From Macrostomum lignano (taxonomy: Eukaryota), in contig NIVC01000250.1 in assembly GCA_002269645.1 (NCBI GenBank), forward strand, positions 1 through 64,000: a stretch of DNA of 64,000 nt, in the 5' to 3' direction. This document shows, piece after piece, positions 1 through 13,344 of this stretch (positions are counted from its first letter, which is position 1; each line of letters starts with the position of its first letter). The notes under the pieces are model-generated. The model had not been told where the DNA came from and did no database searches. It worked only from the letters and a program-made list of their open reading frames with translations. The position numbers and the translations under genes were made by a program.

Positions 1-444
1 AATCTCTATTATATTCTCCTCCAGGTCTGTACGCAGGTGCATTTGCTGATTAAAAGCCATTTAGGTATTGTATTATCAAAGCACCAGTCTAATATATGTC
101 GGTTGTTATGTAATAAAAATGCTTTATCTTACTGCCTGTTCCACCCAGCTGCCTCCAATGCACTGCTTGATGAAGACTATGGAGCCTAGCAGATCTAGAT
201 AACACGATTTCTCGATTTAAAATATCCCATTCTATACATTTATCCCCATGTATCTGCATGTATGCGATCCAGCTAATGTAGCTATTGGGACTTTGTCATT
301 TCCAATCCGCAGTCAGTCAGTCAGACCTTATCAATACTAGCGCTTACCATGAACCCCCATCAGCTTAACCTGCTAGATTATTCTTTGCTTTGGCACTGCG
401 ACCCTGGCTGTTGTCAATTGTTTATTCGCTCAGGTGGACGTCTG

Positions 445-1035
445 TTAGTGTCTGTAAGTGTCTGTCAGTGTGTCTGCTTGTGTCTCTGTCAGTGTCTGTC
501 AGTGTCTGTCAGTGTCTGTCAGTGTCTGTCAGTGTCTGTCAGTGTCTGTCAGTGTCTGTCAGTGTCTGTCAGTGTCTGTCAGTGGGTCTGTCCTAGTGTC
601 TGTCAGTGTCTATCAGAGTCTGTCAGTGTCTGTCAGTGTCTGTCAGTTCCTGTCAGTGTCTGTCCTAGTGCCTGTCTTAGTGTCTGTCAGTGTGTCTGTC
701 CTAGTGTCTGTCCTAGTGTCTGTCAGTGTCTGTCAGTGTCTGTCAGTGTCTGTCAGTGTCTGTCAGTGTCTGTCAGTGTCTGTCAGTGTCTGTCAGTGTC
801 TGTCAGTGTCTGTCAGTGTCTGTCAGTGGGTCTGTCCTAGTGTCTGTCAGTGTCTATCAGAGTCTGTCAGTGTGTGTCAGTGTCTGTCAGTTCCTGTCAG
901 TGTCTGTCCTAGTGCCTGTCTTAGTGTCTGTCAGTGTGTCTGTCCTAGTGTCTGTCCTAGTGTCTGTCAGTGTCTGTCAGTGTGTCTGCTTGTGTGTCTG
1001 TCAGTGTCTGCCAGTGTCTGTCAGTGTCTGTCAGT
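445..1035. repeat. 10-bp tandem repeat (GTGTCTGTCA)n
   Basis: Direct reading. Confidence 0.95.
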
Positions 1036-1509
1036 AGCAGCCCTATGACCGCTTCCCCCAAACACCCAACCAAAACTTTTTTATCAACCTGGCCTAGTAG
1101 ATAGCCTTAACTAAACAGCTAAAGCAATTAGCATTATTCGTATGGAAACTGACTTAAAAAATTCTTTATTTAAGCTTTTCATCTTCATGCAGTTGCTTCT
1201 CCACACCAGAGACCTGTCCGGACCACCCCTGGCGAACACAATCGAGCAGTAAAGTGGACAGCTTGTTATCATTGCTGCCTTTGAAAATATTTGCTCTCTC
1301 CATGAATGCCTACTGCTGCAGAGATGACGATGGAGGGGAGAAGCTGGCAGCCAGCTCTGAGGCGGGCATCGACTGCCGCTTCTTTTGTTAGAGCTGCATC
1401 TGCGTGCAGCTGGAAAATTATGTAAATTTATGGCACCTCACATTTAGGTGCAATAAATTTTAGGCGCGGTACGTCTATTACACCTGTACGGGCACACAGA
1501 TAGACAGAC

Positions 1510-2290
1510 GGACATTAGGACAGACACTAGGACAGACACTAGGACAGACACTAGGACAGACACTATAGGACAGACACTAGGACAGACACTAGGACAGACA
1601 CTAGGACAGACACTAGGACAGACACTATAGGACAGACACTAGGACACACACTAGGACACACACTCGGACAGACACTAGGACAGACACTAGGACAGACACT
1701 ATAGGACAGACACTAGGACAGACACTAGGACAGACACTAGGACAGACACTAGGACAGACACTATAGGACAGACACTAGGACAGACACTATAGGACAGACA
1801 CTAGGACAGACACTAGGACAGACACTAGGACAGACACTAGGACAGACACTATAGGACAGACACTAGGAAAGACACTAGGACAGACACTAGGACAGACACT
1901 AGGACAGACACTAGGACAGAAACTATAGGACAGACACTAGGACAGACACTAGGACAGACACTAGGACAGACACTATAGGACAGACACTAGGAAAGACACT
2001 AGGACAGACACTAGGACAGACACTAGGACAGACACTAGGACAGACACTAGGACAGACACTAGGACAGACACTAGGACAGACACTAGGACAGACACTAGGA
2101 CAGACACTATAGGACAGACACTAGGAAAGACACTAGGACAGACACTAGGACAGACACTAGGACAGACACTAGGACAGACACTATAGGACAGACACTATAG
2201 GACAGACACTATAGGACAGACACTATAGGACAGACACTAGGACAGGCACTAGGACAGACACTAGGACAGGCACTATAGGACAGACACTAC
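1510..2290. repeat. 12/14-bp tandem repeat GGACAGACACTA(TA)
   Basis: Direct reading. Confidence 0.95.
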
Positions 2291-2764
2291 GACACATCGG
2301 CAATCGGCAATCGCACGCAGACATTGGTTCGAACCCCGATTATCCGACTCGAAGCAAAGCGCTCCAAAATGTTTCTCTCCTCGGCACAAGCAGCCCAGCC
2401 GCAAGAGGCAGTCGATGGGCTTGGCGTGACTCAGGTGTTGTCCACTCGCTGCTTCCTTTCTTTTTCTTCCTAGCAAAAAGTGTTTTAAGTAGCCACTGAG
2501 AAACCCCTTGCCGTATGCCACAAGGTCCGCCTTTTCCGGCCAGGGGCTACCTCGGCACGCCATTATTTTTTCTCTCCGTGAAATTTCCAAGAAAATCTTT
2601 TTTGCACTGGAATTTCCTTGGATGGGGCGCTGCTTTTTTAAAAGCTGAATTGCGTGCTACTTGATATTATGGATCTTACGGATTCTAAAAACACCGTCTG
2701 TCAACTACCAACTCTTGAAGTGGCAAAATATACAGAACCTGGCTATGCTTGTGTGCCTCCCAGA

Positions 2765-3135
2765 TCCTCATCAGTTGCTGGGCCAGCCTCTCAGATCCTC
2801 AGTTGCTGGGCCAGCCTCCCAGATCCTCAGTTGCTGGGCCAGCCTCCCAAATCCTCAGTTGCTGGGCCAGCCTCCCAGAGTGTCAGTTGCTGGGCCAGCC
2901 TCCCAGATCCCCAGTTGCTGGGCCAGCCTTCCAGATCCCCAGTTGCTGGGCCAGCCTCCCAGATCCCCAGTTGCTGGGCCAGCCTCCCAGATCCCCAGTT
3001 GCTGTGCCAGCCTCCCAGATCCCAGTTGCTGTGCCAGCCTCCCAGATCCCCAGTTGCTGTGCCAGCCTCCCGGATCCCCAGTTGCTGGGCCAGCATTCCA
3101 GATCCCCAGTTGCTGGGCCAGCCTCCCGGATCCCC
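2765..3135. repeat. 28-bp minisatellite CAGATCCCCAGTTGCTGGGCCAGCCTCC
   Basis: Direct reading. Confidence 0.93.
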
Positions 3136-3694
3136 TCTCTGAATATCTCATTCTGCAGTTTTGTAGCACCTGCCTAAGTCTACAAGTATTTTCAGCTCTA
3201 AATCACGCCTGACTCTCATATAAATAGATTAAATTCCCCATGAAAATTGTTAATAAGACTAATAAAACTCAGCCAGTCTCAACTGTCACCTTGCTGGGGT
3301 TCACTTGCACAATTACTGAAAGCAATAAATAGTTTCAAGTCATAAAACTTACACTTAAAATGGTCATAAACCGCAGACAAGGCCGTCCATTTAGATTCAA
3401 ATTGTTGCATTCACACTGCAGAGACCCCGACACTGCATCATGAAAACCAGGCTCAAAACTATTCATGAGCAGTGTATCTTTTGCCCGTGAGAATCTATCC
3501 AAACCATGAAATGATGCACTATAAAATAACAACTACTTGATTATTTTTCGAAGGACGCAAATTAGATGAAAAACAACTTCGACAATGCGCGAACACAGCC
3601 ATTCATTAGAGATTTCTAAGTGTTAAGGCAAGAAGAGCTTTGTAGGATAACCCACTGAGTTTATCATTATCTAGGATGCTGTGATCACCTTCTA

Positions 3695-4755
3695 TGTGAG
3701 GGAGACAGTGAGTGTAAATGTGAGGGAGACAGTAGGTAACATGTGAGGGAGACAGTGAGTGTAAATGTGAGGGAGACAGTGAGTGCACACGCGAGGGAGA
3801 CGGTAGGCACATGTGAGGGAGACAGTAGGTGTACATGTAAGAGAGACAGTAGGTACACGTGAGGGAGACAGCAGGTACATGTGAGGGAGACAGTAGGTAC
3901 ATGTTAGAGAGACAGTAGGTACATGTGAGGGAGACAGTAGGTACATGTGAGGGAGACAGTAGGTACATGTGAGGGAGACAGTAGGTACATGTGAGGGAGA
4001 CAGTAGGTACATGTGAGGGAGACAGTAGGAACATGTGAGGGAGACGGTAGGTAACATGTGAGGGAGACAGTGAGTGCACACGCGAGGGAGACGGTAGGCA
4101 CATGTGAGGGAGACAGTAGGTGTACATGTAAGGGAGACGGTAGGTACACGTGAGGGAGACAGCAGGTACATGTGAGGGAGACAGTAGGTACATGTGAGGG
4201 AGACAGTAGGTACATGTGAGGGAGACAGTAGGTACATGTGAGGGAGACAGTAGGTACATGTTAGAGAGACAGTAGGTACATGTGAGGGAGACAGTAGGTA
4301 CATGTAAGGGAGACAGTAGGTACATGTGAGGGAGACAGTAGGTACATGTGAGGGAGACAGTAGGAACATGTGAGGGAGACGGTAGGTAACATGTGAGGGA
4401 GACAGTGAGTGCACACGCGAGGGAGACGGTAGGCACATGTGAGGGAGACAGTAGGTGTACATGTAAGGGAGACGGTAGGTACACGTGAGGGAGACAGCAG
4501 GTACATGTGAGGGAGACAGTAGGTACATGTGAGGGAGACAGTAGGTACATGTGAGGGAGACAGTAGGTGTACATGTAAGGGAGACGGTAGGTACACGTGA
4601 GGGAGACAGCAGGTACATGTGAGGGAGACAGTAGGTACATGTGAGGGAGACAGTAGGTACATGTTAGAGAGACAGTAGGTACATGTAAGGGAGACAGTAG
4701 GTACATGTGAGGGAGACAGTAGGTACATGTGAGGGAGACAGTAGGTACATGTGCC
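3695..4755. repeat. 22-bp minisatellite ACATGTGAGGGAGACAGTAGGT
   Basis: Direct reading; the ORFs here show 22-aa periodicity. Confidence 0.95.
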
Positions 4756-5074
4756 AAAATGAGTCACAAAAAAAAGCCACAAAGCAACAGAAATTCTTCA
4801 ACTCTCGTATCGCACTGCAGACCTGGCCCGCCGAGCTCGAACCAACGTGATTGTTGGAGCCAACGCGAACCGGCCTTCGATTGGGCTGGTTGCAGCCGCC
4901 AGCCTCGGCCTGACTGTCGTCTGTTTGTTGCTTTGATTGATTTCTGTTGGAGCAAAAGCGCCTTGTTTATATATGAATACATTTATGTAGTGTACTACTT
5001 AGCACTAGTAGAAATGAGAGAGACTAAACACTTTTTATGTGGCCAGTCTAATAATCTTGTTATAAATGACCGCG

Positions 5075-5300
5075 TCTCTCTACCGAGTGTCTTAATGTAC
5101 ACTGATCTTGGATAGCCAATTAAGTCTCTCTACCCCTGTCCCCAATGTACACTGATCTTGGATAGCCAATTAAGTCTCTCTACCCCTGTCCCCAATGTAC
5201 ACTGATCTTGGATAGTCAACTAAGTCTTTCTACCCCTGTCCCAATGTACACTGATCTTGTATGGCCATGGCTCTCTAGTACCCCTGTGCCCAATGTTCAC
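5075..5300. repeat. About 50-bp tandem repeat (AATGTACACTGATCTTGGATAGCC…CTACCCCTGTCCCC)
   Basis: About 4 copies visible. Confidence 0.85.
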
Positions 5301-5789
5301 AGACATTGATCGCCTGCCCCCTTGCCGAAAATCAGCGCTTTTCATTGAGCCACAAATAGTTCAATAGTGCTACAAGTAGCTGTATTGGCATTTATATATT
5401 CTACGATCTATGGGACCAGTTCTATATGAAAACAAATATGAACAATTCTACCATGCATGTAATTGCCTACCTGTAAGTAACTACCCTTAACTCTACAGCC
5501 AACTTTTACTAATATAATGTTAGTTCCGGGTGTTATTTCTATACACATGATCAATCCGTTATCAAACGTATTGTACTGAACTGTCAGTCTTTCATGTATA
5601 GAGTGAAATAAACGCGACTAATCTATATTGAAATAGATTTTGTAATTGTCATTCGATTTCCTGTAGCACATTGACTTATCGTCTATATGCATTCCGCATA
5701 GTTCATAGTGTTCTTATTTTTACTTCAAGGTACGCTGGTATAGGCATACTTAATATCACGTAAAAGATAGTTTAAAATCGCGGGTTGGT

Positions 5790-6179
5790 CATGGATGAAT
5801 GAATAGAATGGATTGCTATTCTGGCTCTGGCTATTTTCGTTTTTGACTCTTTTGCATCCGGTTCCCCCCCGTGCCTTTTCATTGGTTGATGATTGCCATA
5901 GACAATTTTCGGCCTTCGCCCCTTTCTTTCGATGCACAAGCGCTTTCGCTCGTGTTTTGAAATAAAGGGGGAAGACCTACGAGCGCTCGATATTCTCTGC
6001 AAGTAACTGACATTCTCAGTTCTTTTCGCTTGTGCATCGAAAGAAAGGGGCGAAGGCCGAAAATTGTCTATGGCAATCATCAACCAATGAAAAGGCACGG
6101 GGGGGAACCGGATGCAAAAGAGTCAAAAACGAAAATAGCCAGAGCCAGAATAGCAATCCATTCTATTCATTCATCCATG
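5790..6179. mobile_element. MITE/foldback element, 153-bp terminal inverted repeats, 8-bp TSD (hAT-like)
   Basis: 5790-5942 is the reverse complement of 6027-6179. GGGTTGGT flanks both ends (5782-5789 and 6180-6187). Confidence 0.88.
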
Positions 6180-6689
6180 GGGTTGGTAGACAAAAAAACC
6201 CAGTTTATATACTTCGAAGTAATTAATCGATTATGAAAGCAATGCAAAGTGTCTATGGTCCAACGTTATGCACGTACCTATTTGTGTTTCATCAATTCGA
6301 TTAATACAGAAGTACTAGCTATATTTATATATTTGATTCATCAGGTTGTTTGCTTTGCAATTATTGACTGATATTACATTTTCGTTATTAAAAATGGCAC
6401 CTCTTAACAATACCGAACTGGCCCTGCTTTGGTACACCTTTGTATGCATCGCTGTTGCCTGCGCAATGGCAGCCATGAGCCACCTGCACGCAGTCTTAGG
6501 CGTCACTCACTCCTGGATTTGCCCCGTCAGCCTGGCGGCCGCTGAAACCGAGCTGGTGCGAAAGCTGCGAATTTCGCACAAAAAAACTACGGCAAAGTAC
6601 AATCGACGTTGATCAAAGGCAGCAATTTAATTGGCGCAGTCGGCTGAGATGAATGGTGGCAATTATTAAACAATCGGCAAAAATCAAAG

Positions 6690-7230
6690 GCTAAAATTAT
6701 CTGATAATCGGCAGAGATCAAAGGCGGCAATTATCTGACAATCGGCAGAAATCAAAGGCGGAAATTATCTGACAATCGGCAGAGATCAAAGGCGGCAATT
6801 ATCTGACAATCGGCAGAGATCAAAGGCGGCAATTATCTGACAATAGGCAGAGATCAAAGGCGGCAATTATCTGACAATCGGCAGAGATCAATGGCGGCAG
6901 TTATCTGATAGTCGGCAAAGATCAAAGGCGGCAATTATCTGACAATCGGCAGAGATCAAAGGCGGCAATTATCTGACAATCGGCAGAGATCAAAGGCGGC
7001 AATTATCTGACAATCGGCAGAGATCAAAGGCGGCAATTATCTGACAATCGGCAGAGATCAAAGGCGGCAATTATCTGACAATCGGCAGAGATCAATAGCG
7101 GCAGTTATCTGATAGATAGTCGGCAAAGATCAAAGGCGGCAATTATCAGACAATCGGCAGAGATCTAAGGCGGCAATTATCTAATAGTCGGCAGAGATCA
7201 AAGGCGGCAATTAACTGATAATCGGCAGGC
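6690..7230. repeat. 34-bp minisatellite GGCAGAGATCAAAGGCGGCAATTATCTGACAATC
   Basis: Direct reading. Confidence 0.95.
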
Positions 7231-7796
7231 ATCAAAGTATGCATCAACTTGCACGATCATTAAAAGCATGTTTCCAGCACAGGTATTTTTAACTTTTACC
7301 TTTAGAAAAGTCAAAATGATTATTTGATAAATTGAAATAAAAAATCTCAATAAAAAGTCCAATTTGTTTGTTTGAACTGAGTGTTTGCATAAAATTCAAA
7401 ACAGCAGAAAAAGCGAAGCATTCCAAGACTACTCATATTCCGCGACTCAACTCTCATTAATTTTATTAAACAACAGAAACATAAAGCGGTTACAATTCAC
7501 GACCTCTCTACAATGTAAATTGCCTAGTTTACAAGGTATACTTAGCACGCTCACTAATTTTATAAATACATCAAGCAGTTTTACATAGCAAGTATTCGAG
7601 TTTAGTAACAGGTCATGACTAAATAGAATCAATGCATGCGACTGAACTGTCGGAGAGAAAATAATTGATATGTTTTCCATGACTGATAAGCATTAACAGT
7701 ATTGAATTCTTCCTGACAAAATAAGAAACTTGCAGTCAGACAAAATAGACAGGTATGTAGGCTTGAGAGTGCCTCGGCCTCAGTGTCAGTGCATTA

Positions 7797-7990
<194 letters not shown>

Positions 7991-8384
7991 GGCCGCCACT
8001 GTACACGCACACAGGATGCTTCAGCTGCTCATAAAGCCAACACTCCAGCAAAAGAAGCAGCAAGTCAATAGTATCAAAAAGCAATATTAAACTGTCAATC
8101 GAACAGCAGTTAATTTTTCTTATTGTGATCAAACATGGAAACGGTGCGGCGAATATTTGTAGCCGATGACTCACTCGCTCGGGCGGCCTCTGAAAAGCCA
8201 AACCAGAAAGTTTTGTAAAGCTCGGTTCTACGCAACACAGATACAGAATAGCTAGATGTCACTCGTCTACTCTTTTTCAGTAGAGAAAAGAGCGTTTATT
8301 GCTTAATAGTAATAAAAATAAAAATCAATAAATTCTTCAAGTTTTGACGATTTTGGAGCTGCGACAATCGCTTTTGGATTTCTA

Positions 8385-8600
8385 CAAGCAGGCTCTCTCA
8401 TTGGCTGAGCTAGATTGGGCCTGCCTACCCCCCTTAGGCTGAGTTTTGTCTGTCTGACTTCGACCTCTCTCCTTACTGCTCTCTCATTGGCTGAGCCAGA
8501 TTGGGCCTGTCCCCCTTAGGCTGGGTTTCGTCCGCCTAACTTTGACCTCTCGTCTCCTTACTGCTCTCTCATTGGCTGAGCTGGATTTGGCCTGCCTGCC
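8385..8600. repeat. Three degenerate copies of an 80-90-bp unit (CTCTCTCATTGGCTGAGC.AGATTGGGCCTG…)
   Basis: Direct reading. Confidence 0.75.
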
Positions 8601-8959
8601 GCAAACCCCGAGGAAGGAATTGAAATTTCAGCTGGCACATTAAATTTAAGTGACACTGCGCAGACAAACTACTGAAAAAGTGTAGACGCTGTTCTTTTTC
8701 CCAACTTCAATTACGAGGGACAAAGCGAGTTATTCCAGTATCTGTGGATTTTTATACTCATATTAACAATTTAGCCTGACAGGCAGCAGCAGAAATTACT
8801 TGCTGCAAAAACCCATGACTCATTTGAATTGAGCAACAAAATAAGAAAATAAGAATTTTCTGGTGTAAACTTTGTTGTACAAGTTGTTAAAAACAGGACA
8901 AAAATTCTTGTTTATAATCAAACTGTAAGAAAGAATAGGTTAAACAGGGTAAGTGTTTC

Positions 8960-9195
8960 ATTTATAAGACTGGGAAATGTCACCTGTTAGAGACCGGGAA
9001 ATGTAACTTGTTACAGACTGGGAAATGTAACCTGTTACAGACTGGGAAATGTAACCTGTTACAGACTGGAAAATGTTACCTGTTGCAGACAGGGAAATTT
9101 GATCTGTTAGAGACTGGGAAATGTAACATGTTAGATGCTGGGAAATGTCACCTGTTAGAGACTGCTATATGTCACCTGTTAGAGACTGGGCAATC
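8960..9195. repeat. 24-bp repeat TTACAGACTGGGAAATGTAACCTG
   Basis: Direct reading. Confidence 0.88.
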
Positions 9196-9544
9196 CCTAG
9201 TTTTCCATAACAGGGCAGCTCGCAAATTGTTCTCCATCACCTGCTCACTAAAAGGCAACCAAGAATTACCAAGAAATGTACTTTAATGTTATAAAGTACA
9301 TCTGAAACTATTTAACAAAATAAAAAACAACAAAATTTTGGTGAGCAACAGAAATGCAGCAAATGCTTTATGAAATTCCTAACAAAAATTTCTTCATTGC
9401 CTCTTTGATTGCTCAAAAAGCATGGCGGATCTGAATGCGAGAGCGCTATGGGCTCTGGTTCGGCCTGTAGTGATTAACACGGTTCATTCACAATGTAGTT
9501 CTGTGACAATATCATTAGGCCTTACATTGGAGTGACTACGGATC

Positions 9545-9780
9545 AGTGAAAATATGATTCAGTCACAATATGGTTCAGTCACAATATGATTCAGTCACAA
9601 TATGATTCAGTCACAATATGATTAAGTCACAATATGATTCAGTCACAATATGATTCAGTCATAATATGATTCAGTCACAATATGATTAAGTCACAATATG
9701 ATTCAGTCACAATATGGTTCAGTCACAATATGGTTCAGTCACAATAGGATTCACAGACAATGTGATTCATTCATAATATT
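9545..9780. repeat. 16-bp repeat AGTCACAATATGATTC
   Basis: Direct reading. Confidence 0.92.
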
Positions 9781-10374
9781 ATGAGTCACGAGTCACTGAA
9801 AATAGAAAATAGAAAAAAATTGTCTACCGTGTCACAGTTAGATTGAAAATTTTGATATCATGCTCTATTGAACTACTTGCTGTATTCGAATTTGCGAGTA
9901 GCAAGTAGCGCATATTTTGTTAGAGAGTTAGAAAATGCATCATAAATGATTAGATAAGATAAGAAATAAATGATTAAATGCTCTCTAGCCTTAATTAGTA
10001 TGTGCGGCACAGCCCTGTGGCGTCACACCAATCTATTTTTAGAAAGCTAATTTAAGAGCCGCAGTTTTAGTTAAGCAGTGACCTCTGGCAAGCCAACCAG
10101 GCTGTTTGGCAATGTTTATTACTAAATAATGAAATCAGTTTATAGTATAACGATTTTCAGTATAGTGGATTGTAGTTTTCCAATTTTTTTACCAAGAAAG
10201 CGCTGACAGAGTTGCTGTGGTGAACCGTCTGCGACTGAGCACTGTGAGCAGTGAATTATCCAGATTTTACAGGATTATAGCACAGCTCAAACGTTGCAAT
10301 GCAATTAAGGTAAAAAGTGCGAAATATAATCGAAAATAAAGACATCGAGAGACAGTGACAGGAAAATTAATATG

Positions 10375-11425
10375 GAAGATGAAAGATATGAGAGATGAGG
10401 AAAAGGGGAGATTGAAGATAGGGGAGATGAAGGATATGGGAGATGATAGATGAGAGATGAGAGATAGGGAAGATGATAGATGAGAGATGAGAGATAGGGA
10501 AGATGATAGATGAGAGATGAGAGATAGGGAAGATGATAGATGAGAGATGAGAGATAGGGAAGATGATAGATGAGAGATGAGAGATAGGGAAGATGATAGA
10601 TGAGAGATGAGAGATAGGGGTGATGATAGATGAGAGATGAGAGATAGGGAAGATGATAGATGAGAGATGAGAGATAGGGAAGATTATAGATGAGAGATGA
10701 GAGATAGGGGAGATGAGAGCTAGGAGATGAGAGATAGGATATAAGAGACATATAATTTATGTCTACACTCATAGAGCGAACGTACCCCTATTATCGAACA
10801 CAAAAACAAATGCACCCATTGACCTGATAATGCAGCTAAATTTAACACAGGCAAATCAGTGACGTGCAGACAATTTGAGAGATAGGAGATAAATAGGATG
10901 AGAGATGGGAGATAAATGAGATGAGAGATGAGAGATAGGAGATAAATGAGATGAGAGATGAGGAGATAGGAGATAAATGAGATGAGAGATGAGAGATAGA
11001 AGATAAATGAGATGAGAGATGAGAGATAGAAGATAAATGAGCTATGAGAGATGAGAGATAGGAGATAAATGAGATGAGAGATGAGAGATAGGAGATAGGG
11101 GCGATGAGTGATAGGGGAGATGAGAGAGAAAAAAATGCGAGAGTAGAGATATGAGAGAGTAAAAATATGAGAGAGGTAGATGAGACAGAGATAGATGAAG
11201 AGAGAGCAGACAGAGACCAAGACAGATTAGCAGACGCAATGTTTGGGTTAGCAAAAGCCAGCAGCAACAGCTATTCCAGATTGATGTAATAAGTGTTGCT
11301 ACGCAAATGTCTACACTCATAGAGCGAACGTACCCCTGTTATCGAACACAAAAACAAATGCACCCATTGACCTGATAATGCAGCTAAATTTAACACAGGC
11401 AAATCAGTGACGTGCAGACAATTTG
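10375..11425. repeat. Purine-rich GAGAT arrays with a roughly 118-bp direct duplication (10759-10876 and 11307-11423)
   Basis: ATGTCTACACTCATAGAGCGAACG…GACGTGCAGACAATTT occurs twice around the second array. Confidence 0.88.
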
Positions 11426-11699
11426 CCACAGTCTTAAAAACTTAACTGAGAAAGAGCTCAAAATCCAGAGCACCATATAAGGAAATCCGAAGCTTGAAAT
11501 ACGTAAAGAGTAAAATGCGCAACACCGGGGAATTCGCCCTAGAAACCAGAAAAAAATGGTTCAAAGTACCAATATCGAAGGTTCTATCAAGTCACCGAAT
11601 GAAATCATTAACTCATTGTTTTTCCTTTGCAGACAAGCAAGTTAAAAACCGGGCTTTTCCCGAGAATATTGGAACCGTTTAGCATGGTTTACCGAAATA

Positions 11700-12260
11700 A
11701 GCTAGATGGGGAATCCCTAAAAACAGAGATTTACCTATAAGCTAGTTAGGGAATCCCTAAAAACTGGGATTTTCCCAAAAGCTAGATGAGGAATCCTTAA
11801 ATACTAGGATTTCTCAATTCCAGATAAAAAAACCAAACCTGGGATTTCCCCATAAGCTGGATGGGGAATCTCTAAGAACTGGGATCTACTAATTCTAGAT
11901 GGAAAACCCAAATCTGGGATTTCCCAATAAGCTAGATAGGGAATCCCTAAAAACTGGGATTTCCCAATGAGCTAGATAGGGAATCCCTAAAAACTGGGAT
12001 TTCCCAATGAGCCAGATGGAAAACCCAAATCTGGGATTTCCCAATAAGCTAGATAGGGAATCTCTAAAAAAACTAGGATTTCCCCATAAGCTTGATGGGG
12101 AATCCCTAAAAACTGGGATTTCCCAATTCCATATGAAAAACCAAATCTGGGATTTCCCAAATCTGGAATTTCCCAAATCTGGGATTTCCCCATAAGCTAG
12201 ATAGGGAATCCCTAAAAAAACTGGGACTTCCCTATAAGCTAGATGGGGAATCCAGAACCG
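11700..12260. repeat. Degenerate array of GGGAATCCC/CTGGGATTTCCC units (about 40 bp)
   Basis: Direct reading. Confidence 0.85.
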
Positions 12261-12352
12261 GTGATTTCACTGGAAGCCAGAAGAAAACGAATCTCCCTAC
12301 GCCTACGTGTATTTCCCTAGCAGCGAAGCTAGAAACTTTTAGTTTGTTATTG

Positions 12353-12554
12353 CTAACGGTTTTCCCGTTCATGCAATCCCGACTCACGAGTTTCAGCAGA
12401 GCCGGTCGCCTGCGGCGGCGACAGCACTATCCGGTAGGTGTTGACAGCCGCCAGCAGGCAGGCCAGCAGAATCGGACCGAAAATCGCCCCGTCCAGGCCG
12501 CACCAGTACAGACCTCCGGCCACCGACAGGCCCGTCAGGTAGGGATGGCCAGCA
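12353..12554 (-). CDS. TMEM245: TMEM245 exon 12 (GHPYLTGLSVAGGLYWCGLDGAIFGPILL…; stop TAG at 12355-12353)
   Basis: ggcag|T acceptor in phase 2. GHPYLTGL.VAGG…G..GAI.GP.LL is the TMEM245 C-terminal motif. Not present in the ORF track. Confidence 0.88.
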
Positions 12555-13344
12555 CTGCCAAGGCGAATAAATTAAACAATACTCACTTAAGAAAGTGAGT
12601 TTCGATACATATCGCCAGCTACGATTCAGTAATACTAATTCAAATAATTTATAATCACAACATTGATAATCTTATTTGCTATTTTCGATACATATCGGCA
12701 GCGAATATAAAAATTAAACCACTGCAACTTGTAACTCAATTTCCACAAAAAAGTATTTTCTTCGATACATATCGGCAGCAAATAAAAATTAAACCACTGC
12801 AACTTTAAACTCAATTTCCAAAAGGATAAATGTTTTTTCGATACATATCGGCAGCTAGGGTCTAGTCAATAAAATAAACAGCGAAAACTAAATTTTGGTT
12901 TTCAAAAAAGAATGTACTTTCGATACATATCGGCCGTCAGGACTCAGTAATACAAAACAATAAAATTAACCTATAATTAAGTAAGAAAATTAGTTACGGT
13001 ACATTTCGGTAACTAGGGTTCTGGTAATAAAAATGTAACTTAAGCTCACATTAAGTTCTACAAAGCAGAATAGTTATTTTCCATACATATCGGCAGCTAA
13101 GCGGTAAAAAAATAATCTTTCTATAGCTACATTCAACATAAGGCTTAAAATTTTACAAAATATAAACTGCAGAGCAATATAAAATTGAGAAAAGCCTAAA
13201 ATATTTCCTGCAGATGCACTGCTTGAACGAGAACGAGGAAATTATTTTATTTTTGAAAATGCAGCACGTATTCTGAATTCTCTGCTTTTGCATGCTTTCA
13301 ATTGTTGATAGTGTTTGTAGGAATTGTTTAAATAATAAAATTTG

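Noticed and set aside
349-4782. Cys/Ser/Pro-rich ORFs at 349-1048, 2654-3212 and 3606-4782
   Set aside because: All are tandem-repeat translations. Intervening unique stretches (e.g. minus strand about 130-310, LRIGNDKVP…RYMGINV*) faintly resemble a decayed LINE RT but are too weak to call.
4790-4940. Plus-strand frame ending in a hydrophobic tail (…GLVAAASLGLTVVCLLL*)
   Set aside because: No pyrimidine-rich acceptor, no recognisable homology, and no partner exons.
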